DNA of 64,000 bases from Promethearchaeota archaeon (lineage in GTDB: Archaea > Asgardarchaeota > Thorarchaeia > Thorarchaeales > Thorarchaeaceae), in the NCBI GenBank assembly GCA_048939765.1, contig JBHLPF010000001.1:32001-96000 (forward strand), written 5' to 3'. How positions within the stretch are numbered: the first letter of the stretch is position 1; the number at the start of each line of letters is the position of its first letter. The notes below the pieces were generated by a model that made no database searches, had not been told where the DNA came from, and worked only from the letters and a program-made list of their open reading frames with translations. The position numbers were made by a program, and so were the translations under genes. Of this stretch, positions 18,778 to 27,976 are shown piece by piece.

Positions 18778-20073
18778 TCACATGTGAATTAATGCGGCAT
18801 CTGGGACCTCTTGAAAGACTTCACGGGCGGCTTTTCCGACCTTTCTGCGATTGCGGTCAAATGTATACACACGGATGACATCGAGGTATACCTTCATCAT
18901 CTCTGCAATGTTTGAGTAGTCTGAGAGATTATGAGAGACCTTCTTGCTATCAATCATCTCGAAGATTCGTATCTCCATGGGATTGAGCTGATGTGGATTA
19001 TAGGGAACTGATGGAAGAGTAGGCACATCTACAATCACTTCATCGGCTGGTACATCTGCTAATGCTGCAATCTCATCCTCAATGCTCTCTCTGACTCTGC
19101 GCTTCGTAAGAATTTTGGATACAAAGCGATCTTCGGTGTGCAGGACTTTCTCGAAGACGGACTTGTACAGAATACGCGAATCTAACATGTTTACCATTCT
19201 GACCGCTTCTTTGGCATCGTCAGACTCAGTGGGGTTAATCTTTCTGATTCTTGATATCAATGACATATCATCTAGCTTCAGAAACTCTTCAGGAGTTGAA
19301 AAGCTCGTCAATCCTAAGACACTGTCTGCAGCATTCATGAGCTTGACCAACATTACCTCAACACTGCGAACTGTCTTGTGATAATAGACATTGAGAAACA
19401 TCTCATACCGTGCAACAAGGAATGCTTCCAGAGCGCCTCTGGCTGCAATATCGAACTCTGGTATGAGATCATCAGAAACTTCTAGGCTGTTGATGAGTCG
19501 ATGAATGTCAACAAGACCATAGTTTACCCCGCAATAGAATGAGTCTCTAATCAGATAGTCCATCTTATCAGCATCAACTTGACCTGCAACGATGGAACTA
19601 ACAACTGAATCAGTCTTGGTTTCACGTCTTCCGCGAACTAGGTTGGCTATTCGGTCTTTAGATATTCCACCATCCTCAAGCAGGTCTCCAACCTCGCTCT
19701 CACGGATGATCCACTCAGTCACGTCTTCGTGGTTCCATCCCCTTCGTTCAATTAGTGACTCCTCAAATACATGGCTGAATGGACCATGACCTATGTCATG
19801 TAAGAGGCCTGAGATACGTACTTCTTGAAGGGTCTTCTCACCAAGACTCATTGGGCCGAGTAGCCTCCTTCCTGTCAGACCTGCTAGATACATTGCACCA
19901 ATGCAGTGCCCGAAGCGGGTATGTTCAGCGGCAGGGTATACGAAATGACCGCCAGAGAGCTGTTTTATCCGTCTTAGTCGTTGATAGGGCCTTGAGTTAA
20001 TAACCTTGGACTCAAGTTCTGTGAGCCCGATGAAACCATGGATAGGATCGTTCAGCTCCATAATGAAATCCAT
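18778..20073 (-). CDS. HD-domain phosphohydrolase (dNTPase/SAMHD1-like)
   Basis: DPIHG, QRLRRIKQL, HTRFGH, LLHDIGHGPFSH, DADKMDY, VYYHK. Confidence 0.92.
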   Translation of the reverse strand: MDFIMELNDPIHGFIGLTELESKVINSRPYQRLRRIKQLSGGHFVYPAAEHTRFGHCIGAMYLAGLTGRRLLGPMSLGEKTLQEVRISGLLHDIGHGPFSHVFEESLIERRGWNHEDVTEWIIRESEVGDLLEDGGISKDRIANLVRGRRETKTDSVVSSIVAGQVDADKMDYLIRDSFYCGVNYGLVDIHRLINSLEVSDDLIPEFDIAARGALEAFLVARYEMFLNVYYHKTVRSVEVMLVKLMNAADSVLGLTSFSTPEEFLKLDDMSLISRIRKINPTESDDAKEAVRMVNMLDSRILYKSVFEKVLHTEDRFVSKILTKRRVRESIEDEIAALADVPADEVIVDVPTLPSVPYNPHQLNPMEIRIFEMIDSKKVSHNLSDYSNIAEMMKVYLDVIRVYTFDRNRRKVGKAAREVFQEVPDAALIHM

Positions 20074-20090
20074 AAGAATCCCTCAAGCGT

Positions 20091-20831
20091 CTACATCTGT
20101 GGGTTGAATGACCTCAGCTCTCGAATTAATTCGTCAGAAGCCAGGTCTGACACGCAAAGAGGTAGATGGATACTGTCTGCAATTTTGACAGCAAGTGGAT
20201 CAAGCTCCTTAACTCCTTGTAATATCACAGCAGCTGGCTTCACTGCAGCAGAAGTGCCAATCTGACTTGCCTTTATTGCAACCATGGGAGAACGTCCAGT
20301 AGAAACGTTCGTGAGAATTGCCGCTCTTTGAGTGGTTCCTCCATAGAGTCGAAGAAGCTGTTGTGGAGTTAAACTGACAATGGCTTTTACACTGTCCAGT
20401 GCTGTGTAACCATAGATATCGCGATCTAGCAGGTTGCCATGTGTGAGGATTTTGCATTCAAGATGATCGACTAGTAGACGTGCTGGCACGGGCAATCCAA
20501 ATTCCCTGCTGTCAAGTATGGCATCAGATGCTATTTCTGGAGCTAGCAGTTTCTCAAGTGCCACGGCAACTCTTCCACCATTGAGGGCATCCATCTCGAT
20601 TAAGCCTTCGACAAATCGCCTTATGGTTTCAACACGAGGTGATTTTCTTCGTCCACTTTCATAATCGCTGATTACAGAGGGCGATACGCCAAGATGTTTT
20701 GCCAAGTGTTTCTGTGAGATTTGGAAACGCTCGCGCCAGCGTTTCATCACAGCTCCAGGATCGTTCTCAGCGAGGCATATCTCTCCCGCCATGGCTTCAG
20801 CCAGCCTATGCAATGCCTCACTTCCTTCCAT
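20091..20831 (-). CDS. XRE-family HTH protein (archaeal COG1709-like)
   Basis: MAGEI, ISQKHLA..SPSVISDYESGRRKSP, VSTGRSPMVAIK. Confidence 0.88.
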   Translation of the reverse strand: MEGSEALHRLAEAMAGEICLAENDPGAVMKRWRERFQISQKHLAKHLGVSPSVISDYESGRRKSPRVETIRRFVEGLIEMDALNGGRVAVALEKLLAPEIASDAILDSREFGLPVPARLLVDHLECKILTHGNLLDRDIYGYTALDSVKAIVSLTPQQLLRLYGGTTQRAAILTNVSTGRSPMVAIKASQIGTSAAVKPAAVILQGVKELDPLAVKIADSIHLPLCVSDLASDELIRELRSFNPQM

Positions 20832-20944
20832 ACCAAGACTCCAAAGGACCTTTTCTGATAAAGATTTGCGAAGTGATAGGTTGTCACTGAACCTATGCGA
20901 CACCACACCGAAGGACTCAAAGAGAGCTCGTTGCTCAAAGCAAT

Positions 20945-21721
20945 TTGGTTGAAGTCATGTTCTTCACATTCCTAGTTGGTACTGCAGGATCAGGTAAATC
21001 GCTTCTTACATCATCTCTTGAGAAATGGCTGGTAGAGGCTGAAACAAGCGTCACTGTTGTGAATCTTGATCCTGGAGTAGATGACCCACCTTACACAAGT
21101 GATGTAGATATCCGTGAATATGTGAACTATGGTGAAGTGATGCAGCAGTTTGGGCTGGGTCCAAATGGTGCTCTTGTTGCTTGCCTAGACATGGCTATAG
21201 GTCACGTAGGTGATTTGAGAGAAGAGATATTCGAACTTGAACGTGATTATGTCTTGGTTGACTGCCCGGGACAAATGGAGCTTTTTGCTTATCGAAACTC
21301 CGGACCTCTAATGGTTTCAAGCCTTATGGCTCAAGATCCAGCTGTTTCACTCTATCTGCTTGATTCAAATATTGCTCGCACGCCAGTTGGATATCTCTCT
21401 TCCATGCTTCTTGGCATCTCGATAAGCATTCGTTTTGGCCTCCCTCAAATCGGGGTTCTAAGTAAATCTGATATCCTTATGGAAGAGCAAATAGAAGAAA
21501 TACTATCATGGTCATCTGACACCTACCTGCTGGAAGAGGCACTCGAAGGTAGTTCCACTGGTCTTGTCAGAGAATACTCCAGTGCAATTCTTCGTATGCT
21601 TGATGACATCGGCGGAGGCAGTCCTGTTGTGCCTGTGTCTGCAAAGCTCATGGATGGAGTTGAAATCCTATATGGAGAACTCCAACGTGCGTTCCTAGGC
21701 GGAGACAATCTGGTAGTCTGA
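20945..21721 (+). CDS. GPN-loop GTPase
   Basis: GTAGSGKS, NLDPG, LGPNGA, DCPGQMELF. Confidence 0.93.
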   Translation: MVEVMFFTFLVGTAGSGKSLLTSSLEKWLVEAETSVTVVNLDPGVDDPPYTSDVDIREYVNYGEVMQQFGLGPNGALVACLDMAIGHVGDLREEIFELERDYVLVDCPGQMELFAYRNSGPLMVSSLMAQDPAVSLYLLDSNIARTPVGYLSSMLLGISISIRFGLPQIGVLSKSDILMEEQIEEILSWSSDTYLLEEALEGSSTGLVREYSSAILRMLDDIGGGSPVVPVSAKLMDGVEILYGELQRAFLGGDNLVV

Positions 21722-21734
21722 GCGGGGGTTCAAA

Positions 21735-22766
21735 TTGCGGACCTTCTTTGTAATCATATCGGGCGAGGATTTCAACCTCGCCAAGGCTGAGATTGATTCG
21801 TTGATTGAATTAGCAGGAGCTGATGCCAAGGTTATGTGGCTTGGGCAGCTAGCTCAGATTGAGTCAACCTACGACCTCACTGATTTTTTGCTGGAAAGGG
21901 CTGCCATGGTAAAAGAAGCCGGAGCCATAATTGGTCAGGGGCCATTGTCGGATGCATCCCTAGAGTGGCTTTCTGATGATGTTCTCGTGAAATGTGTGAA
22001 ACCAACAGGAACATTCTCAATTAGAACTAGGTCTCTTGCAGAAGAAAGACATGTGGAACAAAGGGAGAGATTGAGTAAGTCACTTGGCGCACGTATCAGA
22101 AATCTGACCAATGCAAGAGTATCATTAGACAACCCAGAAGTCAGAATACTCCTTGTATTAGCTCCCGATAGAGCGCTGGTTTGTATTTCTAAAGAGTCGA
22201 AGCTGAGACGGGAGCTAAGACTTAGAGAACCGGGAAAGAAACCTTTCTTCCATCCATCAATGATGAATTCCCAGTTGGCGAGAGTCGTTTGCAATCTTGC
22301 TGGAATAAAGCCAAAAGCGACCGTACTCGATCCGTTCTGCGGTGGTGGAGGCATCCTATGCGAAGCGGCCCTCATAGGCGCAAGGGTACTGGGATGGGAC
22401 CTTAACTGGCGTCTAATCTTGGGTGCGATTAGGAATCTTACAGAATTATTGGTCAAAGAATCGTCTGTGATTCAAGCTGATTCACGCTGGCCGCCCTTAC
22501 AGACAAAGAAAATAGACTGCATAGTTACAGACCCCCCGTATGGTCGGACCAGTTCCACTAGAGGTGCAAAGGCGAGAAGACTGGCCCAAACCTTCTTGGA
22601 ACAAACGCCTGAGATTCTCAAAGACGGCGGACGTCTATGCATCTGTGGAAGCCAAGAACTGAGAATCAAAGAAATGATGCAAGATTTGGGATTTGCTATC
22701 AAATATCATGTTCTTGTACCTGTGCATAGTGGTCTCACACGCGAAGTCACAGCAGCACAGTTCTAA
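21735..22766 (+). CDS. tRNA (guanine-10-N2) methyltransferase, THUMP plus MTase (Trm11-like)
   Basis: PFFHPS, LDPFCGGGG, TDPPYGR, VHSGLTR. Confidence 0.87.
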   Translation: MRTFFVIISGEDFNLAKAEIDSLIELAGADAKVMWLGQLAQIESTYDLTDFLLERAAMVKEAGAIIGQGPLSDASLEWLSDDVLVKCVKPTGTFSIRTRSLAEERHVEQRERLSKSLGARIRNLTNARVSLDNPEVRILLVLAPDRALVCISKESKLRRELRLREPGKKPFFHPSMMNSQLARVVCNLAGIKPKATVLDPFCGGGGILCEAALIGARVLGWDLNWRLILGAIRNLTELLVKESSVIQADSRWPPLQTKKIDCIVTDPPYGRTSSTRGAKARRLAQTFLEQTPEILKDGGRLCICGSQELRIKEMMQDLGFAIKYHVLVPVHSGLTREVTAAQF

Positions 22767-23182
22767 CTGTTAACAATCCTTCCATCCTCAGTGGGGGGTA
22801 CAAACCATGCAAGAAACTCATCAAAGGCAGCCTCATCATCAAACATAATCTCTAGTTCTACGCATCCTAAGGGAGGTTCTTCTTCAGTTTCATCAACAAG
22901 CCTCAGCTTTCCGTAAAATGCAGCCTGTTTATCAAAGAAGACAGATGTCTTGGACCCATCCCAGTTCGACAAGACTTTCTTCCGTACTGCATCAATAATC
23001 CGGAGAGCGTGGATGTACTGTTGCATAATATCAAGCGAACTTTTCTCATTTGACATCAACGTCATGTAACCATACTCGTTTTCTTTGCATGGGCTGTCCG
23101 AAACAAAGAGATTGGTAAGGGCAGAACAGACGCGGGCTTTATCCTCTGTAGGATTAACAGGGCATCTTACAATAGCATCCAT
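22763..23182 (-). CDS. UPF0201/DUF54 RNA-binding protein
   Basis: VNPTED, KQAAF, PLG motifs. Confidence 0.82.
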   Translation of the reverse strand: MDAIVRCPVNPTEDKARVCSALTNLFVSDSPCKENEYGYMTLMSNEKSSLDIMQQYIHALRIIDAVRKKVLSNWDGSKTSVFFDKQAAFYGKLRLVDETEEEPPLGCVELEIMFDDEAAFDEFLAWFVPPTEDGRIVNS

Positions 23183-23722
23183 CTAGGTAAGCCTCTGAAC
23201 AAGATTGTTTGATTCATTTCGTAGATCTTCTAAGGTTTCTTCATTCACCACTACAATGTCACTAAGCGCGATTACTGCCCCTAGACCAACAGAAATCTCA
23301 CGGAGGTCACGCTCTCTGAATGTAGTCCAGTCATGAGGATCATCCTTTCTGCCACGCTTCTGCAGACGTGAAAAACGCGTTCTGGGAGACGCATGTACAC
23401 AGACTATGAACACTTCTTCCGCATAGCCATCGAACACATCAACCTCGGCAAGACTTCTGCAACCCTCTATCACTACTACTTTTGAGTTTGAGTTTCTTAG
23501 ACTGTCCAAACAGTGTTTAGCCACAGCACCTGGACCATCTCGCTCGCGAAGCTCCAACATGACTAGCTTGTTGTTCTTAGGATTTACATCCATTCCACGA
23601 CGCTCCACTTCTTTGCGAATGACATCACCCATGACAATGATTGGAAATCCAGCATTTTGAAACGCATCTGCAACTTCGCTCTTGCCCGATCCGGGCATCC
23701 CGGTTAGTATTATGAGCTTCAT
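23183..23722 (-). CDS. UPF0200 P-loop kinase (dephospho-CoA-kinase-like)
   Basis: TGMPGSGKS, MGDVIR, RGRKDD, RDLRE. Confidence 0.85.
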   Translation of the reverse strand: MKLIILTGMPGSGKSEVADAFQNAGFPIIVMGDVIRKEVERRGMDVNPKNNKLVMLELRERDGPGAVAKHCLDSLRNSNSKVVVIEGCRSLAEVDVFDGYAEEVFIVCVHASPRTRFSRLQKRGRKDDPHDWTTFRERDLREISVGLGAVIALSDIVVVNEETLEDLRNESNNLVQRLT

Positions 23723-23826
23723 GGTCAGGCTCCCTTGGAAGCGAACTGGTAATCCACTTTACCCTTGCGGTCGTCAGTCTAATATGACACGATGTTTCTT
23801 GAATTGATGGAACAAGGTGAGTCCAT

Positions 23827-24390
23827 GTGTCATCAATTAGTCGAGTGTTTCTCAGTATTGACATCGATGATGAAGCGCTTCTCTCAAGAATTACTCACAT
23901 TCAATCATTACTAGACAGACAATCAGTAAAAATGAAGTTGGTCGAAAGAGGGAATATCCACTTCACATTGAGATTTCTTGGGGATACACCACATACGAAG
24001 ATTGATAGAATCAGGGATGAACTGTCAGATATCCGATATGGATCCTTTGCGATCAGGATTGATGGGGTAGGCGCATTCCCAAGTACTAGCCGCCCTAGAG
24101 TCATATGGGTGGGGGTATCTGAAAATGAAGAAAGAGTAAAAGACCTGAAACTGAACATTGATGACCGGCTTGGGAATATAGGTTACTCACGTGACAGGAA
24201 ATTCCATGCCCATGCAACAATTGCACGGGTCAGGGCTGTGCGTGATCGTGACCGAATAAGGGAAAACATAGAACATCTGGTAGATGAGCCAGTAGGAACT
24301 ATGACTGTCGATTGTTTCAGGATGACAAAAAGTACTCTGACCTCCTCAGGACCAATCTATGAAACTCTATGGGAAGTACGGGCTTCGTGA
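23827..24390 (+). CDS. thpR: RNA 2',3'-cyclic phosphodiesterase (2H family)
   Basis: HFTLRFLG and HATIAR motifs; GPIYE. Confidence 0.92.
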   Translation: MSSISRVFLSIDIDDEALLSRITHIQSLLDRQSVKMKLVERGNIHFTLRFLGDTPHTKIDRIRDELSDIRYGSFAIRIDGVGAFPSTSRPRVIWVGVSENEERVKDLKLNIDDRLGNIGYSRDRKFHAHATIARVRAVRDRDRIRENIEHLVDEPVGTMTVDCFRMTKSTLTSSGPIYETLWEVRAS

Positions 24391-24393
24391 AAA

Positions 24394-24502
24394 TGGTGGG
24401 CCGGGGGCGACTTGAACGCCCGATCTCTTGCATTCTGTGACTTGAGGCCCTAGGTCCTTAGTCGCCCCAAGCAAGAATCATACCAAGCTAGACTACCGAC
24501 CC
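24394..24502 (-). tRNA. tRNA-Pro(GGG) with 32-nt intron at 37/38 (24433-24464); CCA encoded
   Basis: GGGTCGG/CCGGCCC-A-CCA; CTTGC-TT-GGG-G[intron]T-GCAAG; relaxed BHB with one mismatch. Confidence 0.88.
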
Positions 24503-24548
24503 TTGCAGTCGTTGTCGTAAACCGATGTCAAGATAAACGTTATTGCAA

Positions 24549-24578
24549 AGTCTATTAGAACACGTGTTCTAATAGACT
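24549..24578. promoter_or_regulatory. Perfect 30-bp palindrome containing the recurrent GAACACGTGTTC motif
   Basis: AGTCTATTAGAACACGTGTTCTAATAGACT between divergent tRNA-Pro and HDAC genes. Confidence 0.75.
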
Positions 24579-24647
24579 CGAATACATTAGGTCTGAGGTC
24601 TACACTTATCTACGGGAATTACACCAGAGAGAGCCTGGGATGCGATA

Positions 24648-25703
24648 ATGGTCACAGACCTGCTCTATCATGAGGTGTTCACAAAGCATGTGATATCACC
24701 AGGTCACCCGGAAAGGCCTGAGAGATTGATTTCTGCCATGAAGCATATCAAGGAAACCGGTCTTCTCGAGGAGTCCAAAGTCAGGATTGTAGAGGCCATG
24801 CCAGCTGATCTGGAATTGGTCTATTCCATTCATGATAAGCAGTACATCGAATTGGTCAGGACTAAGTCCGAGAGGGGCGGTGGATACTTCACATTGGATA
24901 CAGCTGTCAATGAATACACCTATGATGCTGCCATAATGGCTGCTGGTGCAGGAGCATTAGCTATGGACAGAATCATGCAAGGTGAGTCTGACAATGCCTA
25001 CGTATTGTGCCGCCCACCAGGACATCATGCAGAATATGATAGAGCCTTTGGATTCTGTTTCATCAACAATATCGCGGTCGCAGCAAAACAGCTCCTTCAA
25101 CAACATGGAATCCAGAGAGTGCTAATTGTTGATTATGATGCTCATCATGGAAATGGAACCCAGAATACGTTTTACGGTACTAGTCAGGTGCTTTACATAG
25201 GGCTCCATCAAGACGGACGAACACTCTTCCCCGGATCTGGATTTCCGGATGAAATCGGTTTGGGGGAAGGAAGAGGATACAACGTGAATCTTGCGATGTA
25301 TCCAGGAGCTGGCGACAAGTCCTATGGCATTGCATTTACCGAAATTGTGGAGAAGATTTGTGAGTCATACAGACCTGAGTTTGTGCTCGTTTCATGTGGG
25401 TTTGATGGGCACTTCAGTGACCCGTTGACCGTCTTAGGTCTGACCACCTCAGGGATGGCAATGATGAACTCACGAATAAACTCAATGGCAAAGAAGATTT
25501 GTGGAGGGAAGGTCGCATTCTTCATCGAGGGGGGTTATGATCTCGAAATAGTAGGGAAATGCTCGCGCAATATAATCGAGGAGCTAAGTGGCTCTGAAGT
25601 CACAGCATACACAGACGAACATTCTGAGAGCGAAAATTGCACGCAGTATACAATGGAACTTGTTGAAAGACTAAAAAAGAACTTGGGTGATACTCACTTC
25701 TAG
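24648..25703 (+). CDS. Histone deacetylase family (HDAC/AcuC) protein
   Basis: HPERPER, RPPGHHA, GFC, DAHHGNGTQ, EGGY. Confidence 0.93.
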   Translation: MVTDLLYHEVFTKHVISPGHPERPERLISAMKHIKETGLLEESKVRIVEAMPADLELVYSIHDKQYIELVRTKSERGGGYFTLDTAVNEYTYDAAIMAAGAGALAMDRIMQGESDNAYVLCRPPGHHAEYDRAFGFCFINNIAVAAKQLLQQHGIQRVLIVDYDAHHGNGTQNTFYGTSQVLYIGLHQDGRTLFPGSGFPDEIGLGEGRGYNVNLAMYPGAGDKSYGIAFTEIVEKICESYRPEFVLVSCGFDGHFSDPLTVLGLTTSGMAMMNSRINSMAKKICGGKVAFFIEGGYDLEIVGKCSRNIIEELSGSEVTAYTDEHSESENCTQYTMELVERLKKNLGDTHF

Positions 25704-27958
25704 TCGTTCTCAATCTCATAGTCTTCAATAAGAGTCTGAATTGAGAATGGGTCCTGGTCATCATCACCAGCCTCGATAAGAGAAGCTGTTTCGTCCTCTG
25801 TCATCGGCATATCGACTCCGAGCTGTCGCTTTATTGATTTGGCCAATGAAGTGCCAATGGTCGGTACACGGGAGATTTTCTCAAAGGGTGCATTATACAA
25901 ATCTGACTGATTTTTCAAGCCATTTGCATATAGCATCCTTCCTCTTATGCGACCTATTCCTCTGAGCCTGACAATATCCAGCAGTTCTCTGTGCACCCCA
26001 TATTTCAGTCGTGATCGAAGATTATAGAAAAATGGAACATGTTGTGAGGCATTGACTATCTTAGCAATCTCTGATGCTGAGTAGGCCAACCATTCTGCTG
26101 TCTGGACGTACCTGTAGACATCACCCATACCTACATTGAATCCTTCAGTGATTTCACGCTCCGAACTCTCAGAGATCCATTCTTCCAGCAGTCGTGCGGT
26201 CTTCACTTCTGCAAGAAACTCTCCGTAGTCATCAAAATCATCTATTGGAGGTTCAATCATGAAATCATCCTTGTTTCTTTCAACAAAGTAATCGTACTCA
26301 TCGAAGTCCGATTTCGTAAGAAATGTGGTCTGCTGGTCTGGAGTATGGCATATGAGATGTAGTGCACCTATAGGTGAAACCTCTTCGGCTGCAGTCAGTG
26401 CATCACGGAGTAATATGGCGGTGTAGGGATCGATGTATAGTCTGGACGCCCTCTTGCCCAATGGGGTTGCAGAGTACAATCCAGATTCGGTGTCAATCAA
26501 TTGACCCTCTTCAAGGAATATCAGAGCGGACGAAACATGATGCTGAATCTCTAACGGATCAAACTGGCAAGAAAAGAATGTTCCCTCAATCAATGAGTCA
26601 ACCTCCTCTCTATTTCGTGTCATCTCTGTAGCAATGGTAGAAAGTAGGTGGGAACGGAGAGCGGAAGGAGATGCAAGCTTGGATGTGATTCTCTCTGGTT
26701 CTGCCAATACATACTCGTCCGTTAGTGCATCACGTTCTTGCTCGGATTTGGCAATGAGTATTGCCTCTCCATACCTGTCGTATTTTGGACGGCCAGCTCT
26801 TCCAGCCATCTGTTTATACTCAAGGACTGGAATAGTATAACTTCCCCGCCCTTGTTCAAAGCGGCGATAATCGCGGATGACGACTCGCCTAGCTGGAAGA
26901 TTCACACCAGCGGCCAAAGTAGGAGTTGCTATTACAGCCTTTAGCAGATCTGCCTTGAAAAAGTCTTCAACCAGTGTACGTTCATTGTTATCGAGTCCAG
27001 CGTGGTGAAATGCCACTCCTGAAACGATGACTCTTCCCAGGATTCTTGTTGCTTCTGGAGCTGAGGGTCTTGCAGACAGCTTCTTAGCTGCCTTCGCTAG
27101 ATGCTTATGTGCATCTGTATTGAGATAGGGGCGTACAGATGATGCAAGTCTCTTGGCTACTGCAACAGTTGACCTTCTACTTGATACAAACACGAGAGCC
27201 TGACCCTTCTCATCCAAGATGTCGCAGACCACGTCACTGATTATCTCCGACCGCTTTCTGGGGATAGACTTTGTTTCACCTTCAAGAATGAATGCAATCT
27301 TATTGTCAAAATAGACACCTTCTTTCAATGGCACCGGTCTCCACGAACTTGTGACGAGATCTGCACTCAGCCACTCTGCGATTCTCTCAGAATTTGAGAT
27401 GGTGGCACTCAATGCCAAAATCTGCACATCTGCAAGACTCTGCATCATTTTGGCAATGACCATTTCCAGTGTAGGACCCCGTTTTGGGTCATTTACTAAA
27501 TGAACCTCATCTACCACCATGATTCCTACTTCTTCAAGCCACTGTGTTCTATGACGTACCAATGAGTCAGCTCTCTCTGTTGTCAATACAACTATGTCTG
27601 CCTCTCTGAGACGGGTGCCCGGAGAGTCATAGTCCCCTATCGACATTGCGACTGTGATTCCTAGTGATTCGTATTTCTTGAATTCTGAGTACTTCTCTCT
27701 TGCAAGGGACCGCAGTGGAACGAGATACAATGCTTTGCCGCGTCCATCTAGAATGGACTTCAGCATGGATATCTCTGCCACTAGCGTCTTGCCAGAACTT
27801 GTAGGAACTGCCAGAACGAGATTGTTGCCATCTAGTACTCCCGTTTCAAAGGCAGATATCTGAGGGGGAAAGAGTGTGAGTATTCCAGTATCCTGAAGCA
27901 ATTTGATGACCTTCTTATTGATAGATAGGTTCTCAAGTTGCGTTGTGGTCATCTCCAT
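25700..27958 (-). CDS. hel308: Ski2-like DNA helicase Hel308/Hjm
   Basis: PTSSGKT, DEVH, SAT, TLAAGVNLPA, QMAGRAGRP, C-terminal HhH. Confidence 0.94.
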   Translation of the reverse strand: MEMTTTQLENLSINKKVIKLLQDTGILTLFPPQISAFETGVLDGNNLVLAVPTSSGKTLVAEISMLKSILDGRGKALYLVPLRSLAREKYSEFKKYESLGITVAMSIGDYDSPGTRLREADIVVLTTERADSLVRHRTQWLEEVGIMVVDEVHLVNDPKRGPTLEMVIAKMMQSLADVQILALSATISNSERIAEWLSADLVTSSWRPVPLKEGVYFDNKIAFILEGETKSIPRKRSEIISDVVCDILDEKGQALVFVSSRRSTVAVAKRLASSVRPYLNTDAHKHLAKAAKKLSARPSAPEATRILGRVIVSGVAFHHAGLDNNERTLVEDFFKADLLKAVIATPTLAAGVNLPARRVVIRDYRRFEQGRGSYTIPVLEYKQMAGRAGRPKYDRYGEAILIAKSEQERDALTDEYVLAEPERITSKLASPSALRSHLLSTIATEMTRNREEVDSLIEGTFFSCQFDPLEIQHHVSSALIFLEEGQLIDTESGLYSATPLGKRASRLYIDPYTAILLRDALTAAEEVSPIGALHLICHTPDQQTTFLTKSDFDEYDYFVERNKDDFMIEPPIDDFDDYGEFLAEVKTARLLEEWISESSEREITEGFNVGMGDVYRYVQTAEWLAYSASEIAKIVNASQHVPFFYNLRSRLKYGVHRELLDIVRLRGIGRIRGRMLYANGLKNQSDLYNAPFEKISRVPTIGTSLAKSIKRQLGVDMPMTEDETASLIEAGDDDQDPFSIQTLIEDYEIEND

Positions 27959-27976
27959 TGCAAACGCGGACCCACC